Assembly: GCF_000143415.4 (NCBI RefSeq)
Contig: NW_003314273.1
Location: forward strand, 2,352,097-2,416,096
Direction of reading: 5' to 3'
Length of the DNA: 64,000 nucleotides
Source of the DNA: Selaginella moellendorffii
Taxonomy: Eukaryota > Plantae > Lycopodiophyta
Part shown: in pieces, positions 1-12,850 of the stretch
How the letters are laid out: every line of letters starts with the position of its first letter
Numbering within the stretch: position 1 is the stretch's first letter
Program-made: the position numbers and the translations under genes
Notes under the pieces: model-generated
Databases searched by the model: none
What the model was told of the DNA's origin: nothing
Seen by the model: only the letters and a program-made list of their open reading frames with translations

Positions 1-23
1 CCCCTCTTCAAATATATTAATAT

Positions 24-177
24 CTTCATTGACTATTGACTAACAACCCTTATTAAGCTAAGGCTACCCCCCCTTCAGAGATGTCAATACTTAAACCATC
101 CTCATTGACTATTGACTAACAACCCCTACTAAGCTAAGGCCACCCCACCTTCAGAGATGTCAATACTTAAACCATCC
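24..177. repeat. Two-copy tandem repeat, about 76-bp unit
   Basis: TCATTGACTATTGACTAACAACCC...AAGCTAAGGC...CTTCAGAGATGTCAATACTTAAACCATC occurs at about 26 and again at about 102. Confidence 0.85.
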
Positions 178-599
178 CATCCTACTGAGCCAAGGAACCA
201 GCACCTCCATTTTTGCACTAAATCTACTAATCCTTCCATTGTGTAGATTAGCTATTTCATGTGAGGCAACTAGTCATCCACCCGTACCATAGTGGATACC
301 TTCGTTCATGGATGCTCCACCAAAAGGAAAAATGTACGATTTCAAATTTATAGGTAGGAATATACCTTGCTTAAGGGTATATTATATTTTTAAGTAGCCA
401 CTAATCAATGGGAATCGAACCCGTGTCATTTGCTTTAATACCACATGTAGTACATTTTATTTCTTTCCCCTTAAGCCAATTGGAAAAAAGGCAATTGTTT
501 GATAAGAGAGCCCTTAGTGGCTATTTTATCCCCATTTATCCCTTAAAGTTTCAAGTATCCATAGTGATAGTATATCTAAATCTCATTTCATGATCACAT

Positions 600-3323
600 G
601 CATTACAGATACCCATACTATAACTTTATTTATGAGGAAGTTGTATACCGATATGAGTCCATCTTATAATCTTCACTTTAGTTTTGACTAAGTGTTGATC
701 ATGTATAGCTAACCTCTTCGCATGCCTAGAGCTAGTGGTTAAATGCATTAGTGAGCTTATTGCGGTTGAGTTGAATTCAAGTGGTCATTCAGTTTGTGCT
801 TGTCTATGAACCTTTATTTATGAACCCAGGGTATCACGTTCATGTGGAACAAGTATATAACTCGATGATATGAGTTTAGTGTTTGGGTCTTGTGAAAGCA
901 AGTTAAAGAGTGATTGCTAGTTGCTTTGCAATTAGTGATTGCTTGTAGACTTTGTCTATGACTGTTGACACTTGCTTCACTCGATGAAGATTTATTGGTG
1001 ATAGGTTTGTTTTGCCAGATGATGTTGTGGAGGATCGTGTTGTTAAACTTATATGGGTTTTCCATATTGGCATGTCAACTCTACTTCTATCAATATCATT
1101 TGGTTGCGTTTAGTTTGTAGTGTTGGATTTCATTGAGTCTTGGATGTGGTGACTCACTCTTTGATGATGTGTTATCTGTAACTGAGTATTGTTGGAGGAT
1201 TAATTTCAGATACTGACTAAAGTATCTTTGACTTTAGTTAGCTTAGTTGTTAGGGGGATTTGGGTGGTGATTCACTTTTTCTTTCTTTTAGCTTTGTTCT
1301 AGTGTTAATGGCATTGAAGTGATACCTTGTCTTTAACATTATTAATGTTGAGATTTGAATGAAATGAAATGTCTCTTCATATGATTTATATTAAGTTTCA
1401 TTAGTTTCAATGGAGATAATGTTGATGATTTGGCTGTAGCTTTGTGTTATTGATATTTGTGCATTTACTATTTAGAACTATGTCGACTTTCGAACGAGCT
1501 GAGTGGCAAGTTGAGTTAGTTAAGTTCTAGATGAGATTATTTAGTAAGGGGTTGAGCTTTGGCTTTTCCTTGAAAAGTGATTTAATCGTGGATGACGCTA
1601 ACTCTATGAGAGGAAGAGTTAGTGATCAATATTGGAATGTTTGAATCTTTATTGAATTTGAGTTAGAATATATTGATCATTAATGATTCTTCTTGTGTTT
1701 GTTATAAAGTGAGTTACGTCTTGCTATAGATGGATTCATAGAGGATTGTTTAGTGATTATTTGTTGAGCATAGCTTCATTGTGTTTGGCTTTTGAATTGA
1801 TGCAGATATACTCTTCATTAGCTTTGCGTTACTTATGGATGTGTTGAGGAGGATATTATTGGTTGTACTATGAGTTTTTCTTTAGTATTGAAGTTTATGC
1901 AAGACTCGTAATCATTGTTAGGTAAGACTTAGTTATAGGTTTCTTCAAACTTTTGGTTCCTTAAGATTTTGTGCTTATGGTCCATTTCTTAGAAGTTATT
2001 GGGGAAGGCATTTTGGTTTATTAGCTTTGATGTTGAAGTTGGCTTTTGCATTTAGCAATCATTGGTGATGATTAACTATCATCTAGGATAGTTGATTATC
2101 TTTGTTAAAATGTTTTGCTTCATTATTGTTGATATAAAATGATTTACTATTCTTTGGGATGGTAGATTCCTTTTTCAACAATAGTTATGCATTTCTCTAT
2201 TGATGGGATGATTGATGATCTTCTATGATAGTTAGTTGTTCTTTTTGATAGCTTATGGCTTTTTGCAATACCACATGTTCTTTGTGGTTTGCTCTGGATT
2301 AGTCTCTTGGGTTTGAGATATCAATAAAATATTGTTAATGCTTGCTTAGGCAACTTGGGTTCCCTCGTATTGTTGACTAGGATCTATTCAGATTGGCTAT
2401 TGTGATAATTAGTATGAATGAGTGTTTGTTGGTCTTACCACATTCATTCTATTGTGTTAATTATTTCTTGAGTTAGTTTTGATAGATCGGGATATTATTT
2501 CCTTTAGGTGATACATTCACGAACATTTTGTTTGCCTAATTGATGATACTTTGTGTTCTTGAGTTTTATCATTGAGTTTTCTTGATGATACACTAACTAT
2601 TGAATTTTGTTGGATGGTAAATCCTATACTTTTCCAACTATAGTGATTTTGGTGGTTCCTATGCTCTACTACTATTTTATTGGATGATAACTTACTTGGA
2701 ATACTTTTATGTTCTCATCTAAGATTTAATCATTGATAATTAAGTCTTTAAGATATCATTGTCTATGACTTTGATATTGTTCATCTATTTATCTTTGAGT
2801 TTAGGCCAGTATAGGCAAACTGACTTTGACACTTCGTGTGCATGGTGAAATTTCTAGTCATGGGGTAGCTACTGTCAACTAGTCACATCACCCACCTCTT
2901 GTTGATATTCCTTATTACATTGAAAGGGTGTGACCGTGTAAATACTTTTAACTGCCTGTTTATAGTAGTCTATCTAAACCTTACTGACAAGTTTGGTTTC
3001 TTTGCTTAGGAGGGTTGGGGCCTCTAGCTTCTCTTTTTATGTCTCTATAGGCAAAGGTGTATCATACTTTTGTAAGTTGGGTGACATCCAGAGCAGCAAG
3101 GGTGGCTAACTCCGTTGGTCATTTCCTTGTCGGCGACGGTCGGAAAGTGTCTAAGTTGGTAACGCATCCGCGTTCGACAAAGAAGTTACCCTAAATCATT
3201 TAAGTTGGTGCATTTATCATATAGTGTGATCACCGTGAACTTTTTCTAAAGTTGTTTCCTTGGCAGTGGTCTAGACTCGAGTATGCATTGACGAAGACGT
3301 TGATCTTCCTTAGGGGGGGAGAG
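600..3323 (+). mobile_element. Degenerate LTR-retrotransposon internal region (probably Ty3/gypsy) ending in a polypurine tract
   Basis: No long ORFs and T/G-rich decay. Ends in AGGGGGGGAGAG (3312-3323) immediately before a TG-started LTR. Part of it (about 700-1170) is repeated at about 6250-6680. Confidence 0.7.
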
Positions 3324-4199
3324 TGTCACAAATGTGACTTCAGGTATTGAAGGTTACCTATTGGCCAGTCCTTACAGACACTTTTTCCTTACTACCACGA
3401 TGGTAAGAGGTCAGTATTGCTGGTTCCCTTTATCAACCCCTCTTATTCAAGTGTTAGTTTACTGGGCTTAGCACCTATACTTAGCCAGATGGACATAAAG
3501 TAGGAACTCCTATGTGTTTCTAGCTGAGCATACTTGGCTTGGCCTTTAGTTCTTTTTTACTATGTTTTGCACTGGCTTGACAAAAACCCTCGCATATTGA
3601 GACTAGTCCCTCAATATCACTAGATGGTAACTTATTGTGTTTGCTAAACACCTTCGCTATCATGCCCTTTGTGTTAGTCTCATTTTGGTCCTAAATGCTA
3701 TTTATGGAAAGCGTATAGATTTACTCATTTGGCACATCACAGAATGTAAAAATTGTCTCGAACACAATGGTGTTCGTCCCGTGTCTAAATTTGCAATCTA
3801 GGGATATTCTATATTTAGTAAGTTTCGAGCTTGTCCTAGAGACTAACTCCTGATTGGCTTTATTTTGAGTGTTGATCCTGGCATTAGGATGTTGAATATT
3901 CTAGGACTGTTTCAAGTCATTTCGTGCTCCTATTCCTTCACTCCTTGGGCTGTATGCTCGAGAGTCGTTCCGTGCTCTAGTGCCATTGCTCCTTGGCTCT
4001 ATGCTTGAGAGTTTGGCACCATTCCTTCATTCAGTGGCCCAAGGCCCTAAAACTCGGGTTCCACACCACTGTCTCTCGAACATATGGCATGTGGCACGTG
4101 GCATGTAACATGTGGCACATAGAGGGTTTACGTTCCACTTCTATAATTAACTTATAATAAATCACCATAGGATAAAGGATAAAAACCATATGCGCTACA
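3324..4199 (+). mobile_element. 3' LTR (TG...CA) with internal deletion
   Basis: Starts TGTCACAAATGTGACTTC after the PPT and ends TGCGCTACA. Reverse-complement homolog of 8526-9636 but lacks roughly 250 bp of it. Confidence 0.85.
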
Positions 4200-7100
4200 T
4201 TCTATTACCACTACTTTATAAAGGATCACTATCTAAAATTCCAATCATTTAAGAAAGACAAACTTACAATTCTCCTCTATACTTCTATATGGTATTGGTT
4301 AGTCAAGACAGTCAATATTATTTAACCAAATAGTAACAGTCAATTTTAGTACAAGCACAAATTCTTCTATTGCCATTTGTGTAGCAATGAATGGGATGAT
4401 TATCATCTCTTTACTCTAGACCTTTATATAGGTAGTATGGTTTTTTTTTTCCTCTTTTTTTCTGTGAGTAATTTTTATTTAGGCTTTACAATTATGTTCT
4501 GTTATAATGAAAATAACTTATAATAGGTATATATGTAATCTCAAAAATGATTTTTTTCTTGTGAAAAAAAAGTTAACCACACCAAGCACCTCATAAACTC
4601 TCTTTTTTCAATCTAGAGTGTCAAATAACCATTTGTGTTCCTCACCTAATACAATATCCAGTAGGAGCTTAATACTTGCTTAAGATCTAGAGCAATATTT
4701 AAATGGATATTAGTTTGGTGATCATTTGTTGAGAATAAATTTATTGTCTTTAGCTTTTGGATTGATGCAGTATAAAATGGTAACAATAGAGTAGAATAGA
4801 GTGCCATGAAACATTCTGGTAGAAATTATGGTATAACCTATAATATCCTTTTCAACACATCTATAAGTTGAAATTTCATAATACAAAAGTTAATGATGAG
4901 TATGTAAGCTTATGTGAAAAAGGGTTATCAAGGATGAAGGATCAAAAGTATAAATCATTTTATCTTTTATAAAATGTAATTTACAACAAGGTGTGATCTC
5001 ATTAATTGTGTTCACATCATATGATCGAAAGTCCTTACATCAATGCATAATTTTATGAATGATGAGTCATAGGATGGAAAGCATTAATTCATTTTGCTTA
5101 GGCTTGCCATCAAAAGGTTTAATTATAATGCTCAATTCTTTTTTGAAGAACCTTACTATTGCCCTTTTAAGTATCTTGGTTAGATTAGTTTGAGTTTGGT
5201 TAGAAAGAGAGTGGTATGAGCTTATTTGAAATATGAATAAAGTTGATGGTATTATGTGTTATAAATCTTTATTAGTAAGGTTTGGTATTTATATTATATT
5301 TTGTTGACTAAAGTTGGCACTTGATACTAGCATAAACCTTTGTAATAATGACATAGGCTTTGCTTCTGATATTGTTTGATTGATGACAAAGATATTGTGA
5401 TTTCTATATCATATTTTAGTGATTATAAGCAATTGCAATTACTTATTCAAACGATAATTAACTTTAAAGTGGTTGATAGGGTAGTCTACTTGTAAGTAGT
5501 AACATTCTAACAGTCTTAATTAGGTTCTCAATAAGTGATTTATTAAATGCTAAGTTGGTATTAGTACCTTGGTTCTTATTGAGTTGGCTCATTAATGTTT
5601 AAGAAAGTTATAACATTTATTTATTATAGCTAAATGGTGCATCCATTGGCAATTGGAGTAAGTTATTGGATTGAAAAAGTGTAAATTAAGGTATTAATAT
5701 TATTAGCCTGTGTTAATGAAAGTGATATTGTTATGATAGGTGATAAAGAGCTTTTCTTAGAGCTTGATTTTTCATATCACTTTTGTTATTAATGTTTTAG
5801 CTTCATATTAGATCTCAAAAGTGTTTGAAAAAGAGTGTCAATGCAATATAGATATCCAAAGTTATGGTCTTTATAATCGAGTCTTGGGTATTAATTTTGT
5901 ATTTTGTAGATATCAAAGATAAATATCAGAAATATGAGCATATTGTTAAACACTTATGCATATTAGTGGGTCATACAAATTTATATTGAGGTGAACCTAT
6001 ATAAAGTTGTTGGTAAGAAAAAGTTAGTTGAGTTTTGAGACTTTATATTTTTGGATTAAGAGTCATTCCTTTTCTAGGATGAAATTCTTTTCATAAATTT
6101 TTATAAGCTTTTCCAATGACTTATCTATTGATTATTTTGCTTAAAAACCATTTCACTTTTTGCAAACTAGTGAAGGGATTTTTTTTGAAATTGACTATGG
6201 TTAATTTTAACTAGTAGGTAATTTGTAAAAAGGATCATTCATAACTAACCTCTTTTGTTATGCTCAGAGCTATTAGCTAGATATGTTAATGGGTTTATTG
6301 CTGTATAATTAGATTCAAGTAGTTATTTTATCTATATTTGTTCATGATCCTTATATTGTATTTTGGGTATTAACTTTCAATTGGACAAGTATATAGTTCA
6401 ATAACATGAGTTTGGTATTTAAGTCTGATGAAGATGAGTTGAAAAGTGATTGTTAATTGTTTTGCGACTAGTAATTGCTTATAAACTTAGTTGAGAACTA
6501 CTAACACTTTACTTAACTCGATGATGATTTAAAAATGATAAGCTTACTTATCAAATGATATTGTGGATTGTATTCATAAGATTTCATAGATTTTACATAT
6601 TAGTATGTTGATACCACCTCTGTCGATATTGCCTAATTGTGTTTTGTTGAGTCTAAGATGTGGTAATTCATTTTTTAATGATATAGGATTTCATAGAAAA
6701 ACCATGAAAGCTCAAGAATAAAATCCACTACAACACTATCTAGTAAAGCAAGCCCATCATTGTTACCAAAAAATAAAAAGTGAAAACCACGTACAATACA
6801 TTGTTGATTTTGGCATTGGAATAGTAAATGTTTTAGAAATATTCTATATCACTCCATGCTTTTATTCTTTTACTCTTTAATTACATGTTTAGGAGTTATT
6901 CTATACTTTTGTTCTTTTTCTTCTTAACTATATGTTAAAGAGTTTAACTCTGTCCCTTTGTTCAGTGGCCAAAGCTTTAAACCTTAAATTCTACTATGTT
7001 ATATGTATTCAATGGTTTTATTTTGTTATGTGATAGCTTACTGTGTTTGTCAAACCCTTAAATGATTAAAAGAGAATGACTCGAGAAACAATACATAAGG

Positions 7101-7399
7101 GTTTAAATATAGAAGGAAATAATCTATGAATAAAAGTGCACCCTTTTGTTATTCAACAGAGTTAGATTTAAAACCTTTTTAATACTAAATGTAAGTTTTT
7201 GAATTTAGACTTCTCGAAAATCCACCCAACCTAATATTATTTAAACCCAAAGACAATAAACCCCAAGTATCCCAAAATTTTAATTAATTGGAAAAGAAGG
7301 TGTATTTATTTTTATAGGCCATTTCCCTTTATATTTTAACTTTTGGTTATTACAAACTATTGCTATTATGTCTTATGTGTTGGTCCCATTTTGGTTCTA

Positions 7400-7930
7400 T
7401 ATGCTATTTATAGAAAATGTCTAAATTTATTATCTATAGAATATGTAGAATATACTATGTTATTTCCATGTCCAAATTTACAATCTAGAGCCATTCCATA
7501 TTTAATAAGTTTTCAAGATTATTCCAAAGACTAACACTCCCAAGTATATAGCCAAGGAGCAAAGAAAAATGAGCATAGGATAATTCCCAAATATACAGTT
7601 AAAAAATGAAGAAACAGGAGTACAAAACAATCAAGTATAAGGAGCAAATAAAGAGAAATATAGAGTGACATTAGAATAGTCTTAGAGCATTTACCATCCT
7701 AACACCAGGACTAATAAACAAAATAGAGCCAAAAAAGATTTCACATTATTTCAGTATATTAGTGGTTTATTATGAAAATATCAATATTCCACCAATTAGA
7801 ATGGTATGGAGCTTGGGCTTAAACCCAAGTCAAACATAAAACAAGGATAAGCACACCTAATAAAGAGTTAAACAATGCCTTAAGTTAGTCAATTATGCCC
7901 TTTACCCACTATCCTTACCACTTTCCCACT
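7400..7930 (-). mobile_element. Highly decayed LTR fragment, same family
   Basis: Segments such as GGAGCTTGGGCTTAAACCCAAGTC and CTCCCAAGTATATAGCCAAGGAG match 8700-9030 with many transitions. Confidence 0.65.
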
Positions 7931-9675
7931 ATCTAGTTGTAGAACTTCATCATCTTTAGAATTTGAAGAGGAATTTAGTAGCTGTCTCAGCTTCTTTTTT
8001 CCTCTTCTCATTCTTCTTTTTCAATTTATGAACTTTCTTTTGCAAATTCTCGATCTTAACTTCTTAAGCTGTACATTGTAGTGCTGCAACATTAGGCTCT
8101 TCATCCTTTGACTCAGCCTCAGCTTCTTTTGTAGCATCTCTAGCAAGAGTTTTCTTCTCTCGATTCACTTATCTAAAGGTTTTAGCATTATCAACATAGT
8201 TCATTTTCACCATTTTGCTAGTTGCATACATGCCTTTATCAACAACTGAACATGCATATATTATATCTCTAATACCAAATGTAGTATATGTGGCTTTTAC
8301 CCTTTATTTTATGGTGATTTACTATAGGATAACCATGAAATGGAACCTAAACCCCCATGTGCCATGTGTCAAATGCCATATCCCATGTGTCCAATGACAA
8401 CAGAGCGAAACCCAAGTTTTAGAGCTTTGGGCCACTAAATGAAAGTATGGAGTCAAACTCCCAAATTTACAGCCAAGGAGCGAAGGAACTGGAGTATGGA
8501 GTGACTCTCAAATGTACAGCCTAAGTGTAACGCACGTGGTTTTGACTTTATCCTATGGTGATTTACCATAGGATAACACCACGAAACGGAACCTAAACCT
8601 TCTATGTGCCACGTGTCATATGCCACGTGTCCATGCCACGTGTCCATAGGAACCCGAGGTTCAAGGCTTTGGGCCATTGAACGAAGGAACAGTGCCAAAC
8701 TCCCAAGCATGGAGCCAAGGAGTGACTAAACCGAACCACGGAGCAACTCTCAAGCATAAAGCCCAAGGAGTGAAGGGACAGGAGCCCGGAGCAACTTGGA
8801 ACAGTCTTGGAGCAACCAGCATCCCAATGCCAGGACTAGCACGCAAAACGGAGCCAAATGGAGTCTGGCGCTATTTCAGCATAACGCGAGGATATGGGTA
8901 CTCCACCAGCTAGCATGGAATGGAACTTGGGCTTAGACCCAAATCGGACGCAAAACAAGGACAAGCACGCAAACAGGAGCTAGACTATGCCTTAGGTTGG
9001 TCAGCCATACCCGACCTACCCACTATCCCTATTATACATTTGGAACCCCCCACATCCCCCCCCCCCCTGAGGAACACACGCTTTGGGCTTTCACCCCATG
9101 CCTCCCTTAGTATCAGGAGTTAGTCTCTAGGACAAGCTCGAAACTTACTAAATATGGAATGTCCTTAAATTGTGAATTTGGACACGGGATGAACACAGGC
9201 CAATCTCTACATTCCGTAGATATGCCAAATGAGCAAATCTAGACACTTTCCATAAATAGCACTTGGGACCGAAATGAGACTAACACAAAAAGCATGATAG
9301 CGAGGGTGTTTGGCAGACACAGTAAGCTATCATCCAATGATATTAAGGGACCAATCTCAATACGCGAGGGTTCTTGTCAAGCCAGTGCAAGACAGAGCAA
9401 AAGAGAACTAACAAGCCGGGCCAAGTATGCTCAATTAAATAGACACTTAGGAATTCCTTCCTTATGTTCATTCAGCCAAGTACAAATGTAAAGTTCAGTT
9501 TACTAACATTTGAACAAAAGGGGCCGATAAAGGGAACCAGCAATACCGACTTCCTGCCATCATGGCAGTAAGGTAAGAGTGTCCGTAAGGACTAGTCGAC
9601 ATGTAACTTTTGATACCCGAAGTCACATTTGCGACACTAAGGAGTGAAGGGATAAAAGCATAAAGCAACATAATA
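7930..9675 (-). mobile_element. Older 5' LTR fragment with tRNA-iMet PBS and adjacent internal remnant, interrupted by the solo LTR
   Basis: LTR end at 8280 is followed on the minus strand by TGGTATTAGAG (8267-8277), close to the iMet PBS TGGTATCAGAG. LTR homology resumes after 9636 (CTAAGGAGTGAAGGGA). Confidence 0.7.
8526..9636 (-). mobile_element. Solo LTR, 1111 bp, with 5-bp target-site duplication CTAAG
   Basis: TGTAAC...GCGACA termini. CTAAG lies at 8521-8525 and 9637-9641. Homologous to 3324-4199. Confidence 0.9.
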
Positions 9676-11773
9676 ACAGTTCTAAAGCATCCAATATATA
9701 TTTTACAGAAGGCTTGGAGCACAATGCCTTGCAAAGAGCAGCACATAATGGAACAATGCTAACAAAATGGTTTAAGTTTAATATTCATAATCCAAGTGCA
9801 AGGCAATATACATACATTCAAATACCTTTATATTATGTTTTCAATAAATCTACTAGCTAGTTGCCAAAATCTAGCAATTAAACCTCTATTACCATGGATG
9901 CAATTATACTTTTTCTTTTGGTTTGAAGGTATGCTTAATTAACTTAGTCATAAAGATTCATGAAGAGTTCATCACTTGCTGGCAATGATGAGGATGCAAA
10001 AAAGAATTATTTATAACATTGTTTTCTTTTATATGGGCTAGAAAAGGGCAATTCTAGTCTAATAATTTCTTCCCTTCTACATAGCTGGAGTGGACAAGCA
10101 TTTATATCTTGCACTTGCAAAATAATTATGACCAACTTCCTTGTAGCATCAAAAGCTGTAAATGACTATTGAATTAAACTCCTATAGACATGGGTCTCTC
10201 TGTTTTATTATTTTATTTTTTAAAAATGTGTTATTTTGCTCAAGTTACATATTGAAAACATTCTCTACTTCTTTCGTTATCTACATATATAAAAACGAAG
10301 AGCTTAACCTCCCCCAAAGCCGTCTGGTCCTAGGCCTGGGGCAGCCTCAGGATGCATGGTTTTAGTAAAAGTTTTGTGGATTTTTAATGGAAAATTGGCA
10401 TGGCTTGGTTTACTATTGGTTGGAACCCCACCTATGCTGTGTGTTGACACAGAGACGGCTTGAGCAATGGAGCTCCCAAGCTCCCAGGAGCACTGCTGTT
10501 GCCTGTGAACCACAATTTGCAAAACACACATTATAGTGCACATTTTGCTTCGCTCCCATCTGTGGTGCCCTAATCGCATTGTGAAATTCTATCTTATCTT
10601 TGTCCGATCCAATTTCCCAAGCCAGCATTTTGGACTTTTTACTTTCCTCACAGGTTAGTGAAGAATTCTCTCAGTCGTGATGGCTGTAGGAGACGTGATT
10701 GCTCACAATCAGGACTGGAGTTGAGAGCGTAGAGAATTCTCCTGTTTCTCTTCTAAAAACGGCTTGTTGCTTAAGAGCGAACAACAACCAAAAATGTTGA
10801 CACCATTTTCTTCAACTAGTTTTACACTCTTACAGTTCACTTGGTTTCAGAAAAGGCGAAGTATTTGCCGCAGAGACTCAAGAAAGGTTGAAGGCGTGTC
10901 CTCCACAGGGCGTGAGGAGGCAGCAGCTGGAAACTTGAGTGTTCAGCAGCTTCTCAAATCCAAGCTGCATTCTCTAATGTTCATTTTTTCAAATTATAGA
11001 ATTTATTAGCTAGGGAAGCTTGAGAGCATCCTCATTTGCGTCATTGGCTGGGTTCGTTGGAATTCTTATCCAGCAAAGCAATGCAACGTAAAGTCGACCT
11101 TTGAGGAATTTCCTTGGGATATTTGGGGCATTGGTCCAAAGGCTGGGATTGTGAGAGTTGACAGATCTGGTGACAAGGCGTCACCAAAGTAGCTATGAAA
11201 TGCATGTACCCGCATAGTTCTCCTTATCCTCATACTCACCTTCCCAGTGGCCGTGTTCATTTGAACTTGCCCTGTGGTTTATGTCTGGGGAGATCATATT
11301 GTTTACAGGCTGATGACCTTTTTTCTGGGGAGAGGATACAAATGGCTGGAAGACGTACCACTTTTTAAGAGCTCAAAGTGGGTCAGTTGTTTATCATCCT
11401 GTCTTATCCACCTTAAGTTTCAGATATTTCATAATTGAAACAATCGTTAAGACAACACAATTTAAAGGTTCTTGAGTTGTTATTCCACACATCACCCTTA
11501 CATATGTGGAATGACTCCAACAATTGATCCAGTTAAAAATCATCCCCATGTATCTCTGTCCAGCTTCCTTTTATGAAGTCTCAGTGTACATAAGGGTGTT
11601 ACTGCCAATAGAGGGGTGGGAATGAATCATAATGGCAAAGTTTGAGCATTCATAAATCAAGGACTGTGGCTGGGCAAATTACTAGTTATTATATGTTTAC
11701 CATGCCTAGAATATCCATAAGCCATAACAAAATATACCTTATCTGCGGGGTTTTAGGTCATCAGTCCGCGACC

Positions 11774-12207
11774 ATGTTTGCTCGTGCTGTTCCATCGAGC
11801 TTCGCCACTGGCTCCCTGCCACTGCAGGTACACTCTCCCCTCCCCATTTCTCCAGGACCATTCACCGCAGCTTGCAATCCAAGGTGGAGCGCGGGGATGC
11901 CCGGATTGTGTGCCGGAAGCCCGACATCCACCCCGCGTTTTTCAGCGAGGCCAAGGTATTCTGCAAGGGCGAGCACGTGATGACGACGGGCGGCACCCAG
12001 GCGGAGTACGTGGTGGACATTTGGTCCGGGAACCACCCCTTCTACCAGGGCGGCAAGTCCGGCGTCGTCATGACCACCGACCAGCTCGAGAAGTTCCGCC
12101 GCAAGTACGGCAGCCTCGGCTCCATGAACAACATCCCCGTCATCACCAACAGCGTGCCCAAGTTCGACAAGAAGGGCAAGAAGCCCGACAAGAAGAAGAA
12201 GCGCTAG
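11774..12207 (+). CDS. RPL31: Plastid 50S ribosomal protein L31 (2 exons; intron 11828-11883)
   Basis: Transit-peptide-like exon MFARAVPSSFATGSLPLQ splices in frame via a 56-nt GT-AG intron to CRKPDIHP...VDIWSGNHPFY...QLEKFRRKYG, the bL31 signature. Confidence 0.92.
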
Positions 12208-12344
12208 AGGAGATGCGCAACGGAATGTTCTGTGCCGCTGGTGGCATATTCTGGTTCCGCTGACGGAATATGCTCCATCCATTTTTAGTTGCCCTTGCGC
12301 GTATATAAAGGAGGTGTGGCCCGCAAGCCCTATAATCATAAATC

Positions 12345-12797
12345 ATGGCTGACATTGACGCGTCCCTTGATCATGCAAGATGCGCAAACAATTGTGGATA
12401 CTACGCCAACCCAGGGACGGGTAATTTGTGCTCCAAGTGCTTTAAGGAGTCGATCAAAGCATCCAAGGCCAAGAAAATTGAAGGTGGCGGTGGAAAGATT
12501 TTGCATCCCGACGTAGCAAATGTAAAAGTAGGTGGTAGTGGTGCTGGAGAAGTAGAAATAAGTGTTGCAGAAGCAGAAATTGGTCCTGAGGCAAAAGCTG
12601 ATCCTAATCGTTGCATATTGTGCAGTAAGAAAATTACTCTTTCCATGGTATTCAAATGCAGATGTGAGCTAGTATTTTGTGCGAAACATCGCCATCCTGA
12701 AGATCATTCCTGCCACTATGACTACCGTGATAAAGGCAGAAAGGATATTTCCAAAGCTAACCCAGTTATCAAAGCTGAGAAGATTACAAAAATTTGA
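12345..12797 (+). CDS. A20/AN1 zinc-finger stress-associated protein (SAP)
   Basis: A20 motif CANNCGYYANPGTGNLCSKC. AN1 motif CILCSKK...FKCRCELVFCAKHRHPEDHSCHYDY. C-terminal ANPVIKAEK. TATATAAA at about 12302. Confidence 0.95.
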   Translation: MADIDASLDHARCANNCGYYANPGTGNLCSKCFKESIKASKAKKIEGGGGKILHPDVANVKVGGSGAGEVEISVAEAEIGPEAKADPNRCILCSKKITLSMVFKCRCELVFCAKHRHPEDHSCHYDYRDKGRKDISKANPVIKAEKITKI

Positions 12798-12850
12798 AGT
12801 TAAAAAGACATCATTTCTAATGTAAATTCATTCAATACGTTCGTTAGTGT

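Noticed and set aside
24-177. Repeat considered as CRISPR-like
   Set aside because: Only two adjacent copies with no spacers, in a eukaryotic TE context.
10300-11400. Short ORFs of moderate GC with splice-like signals
   Set aside because: Could be a gene remnant, but I could not recognise any family.
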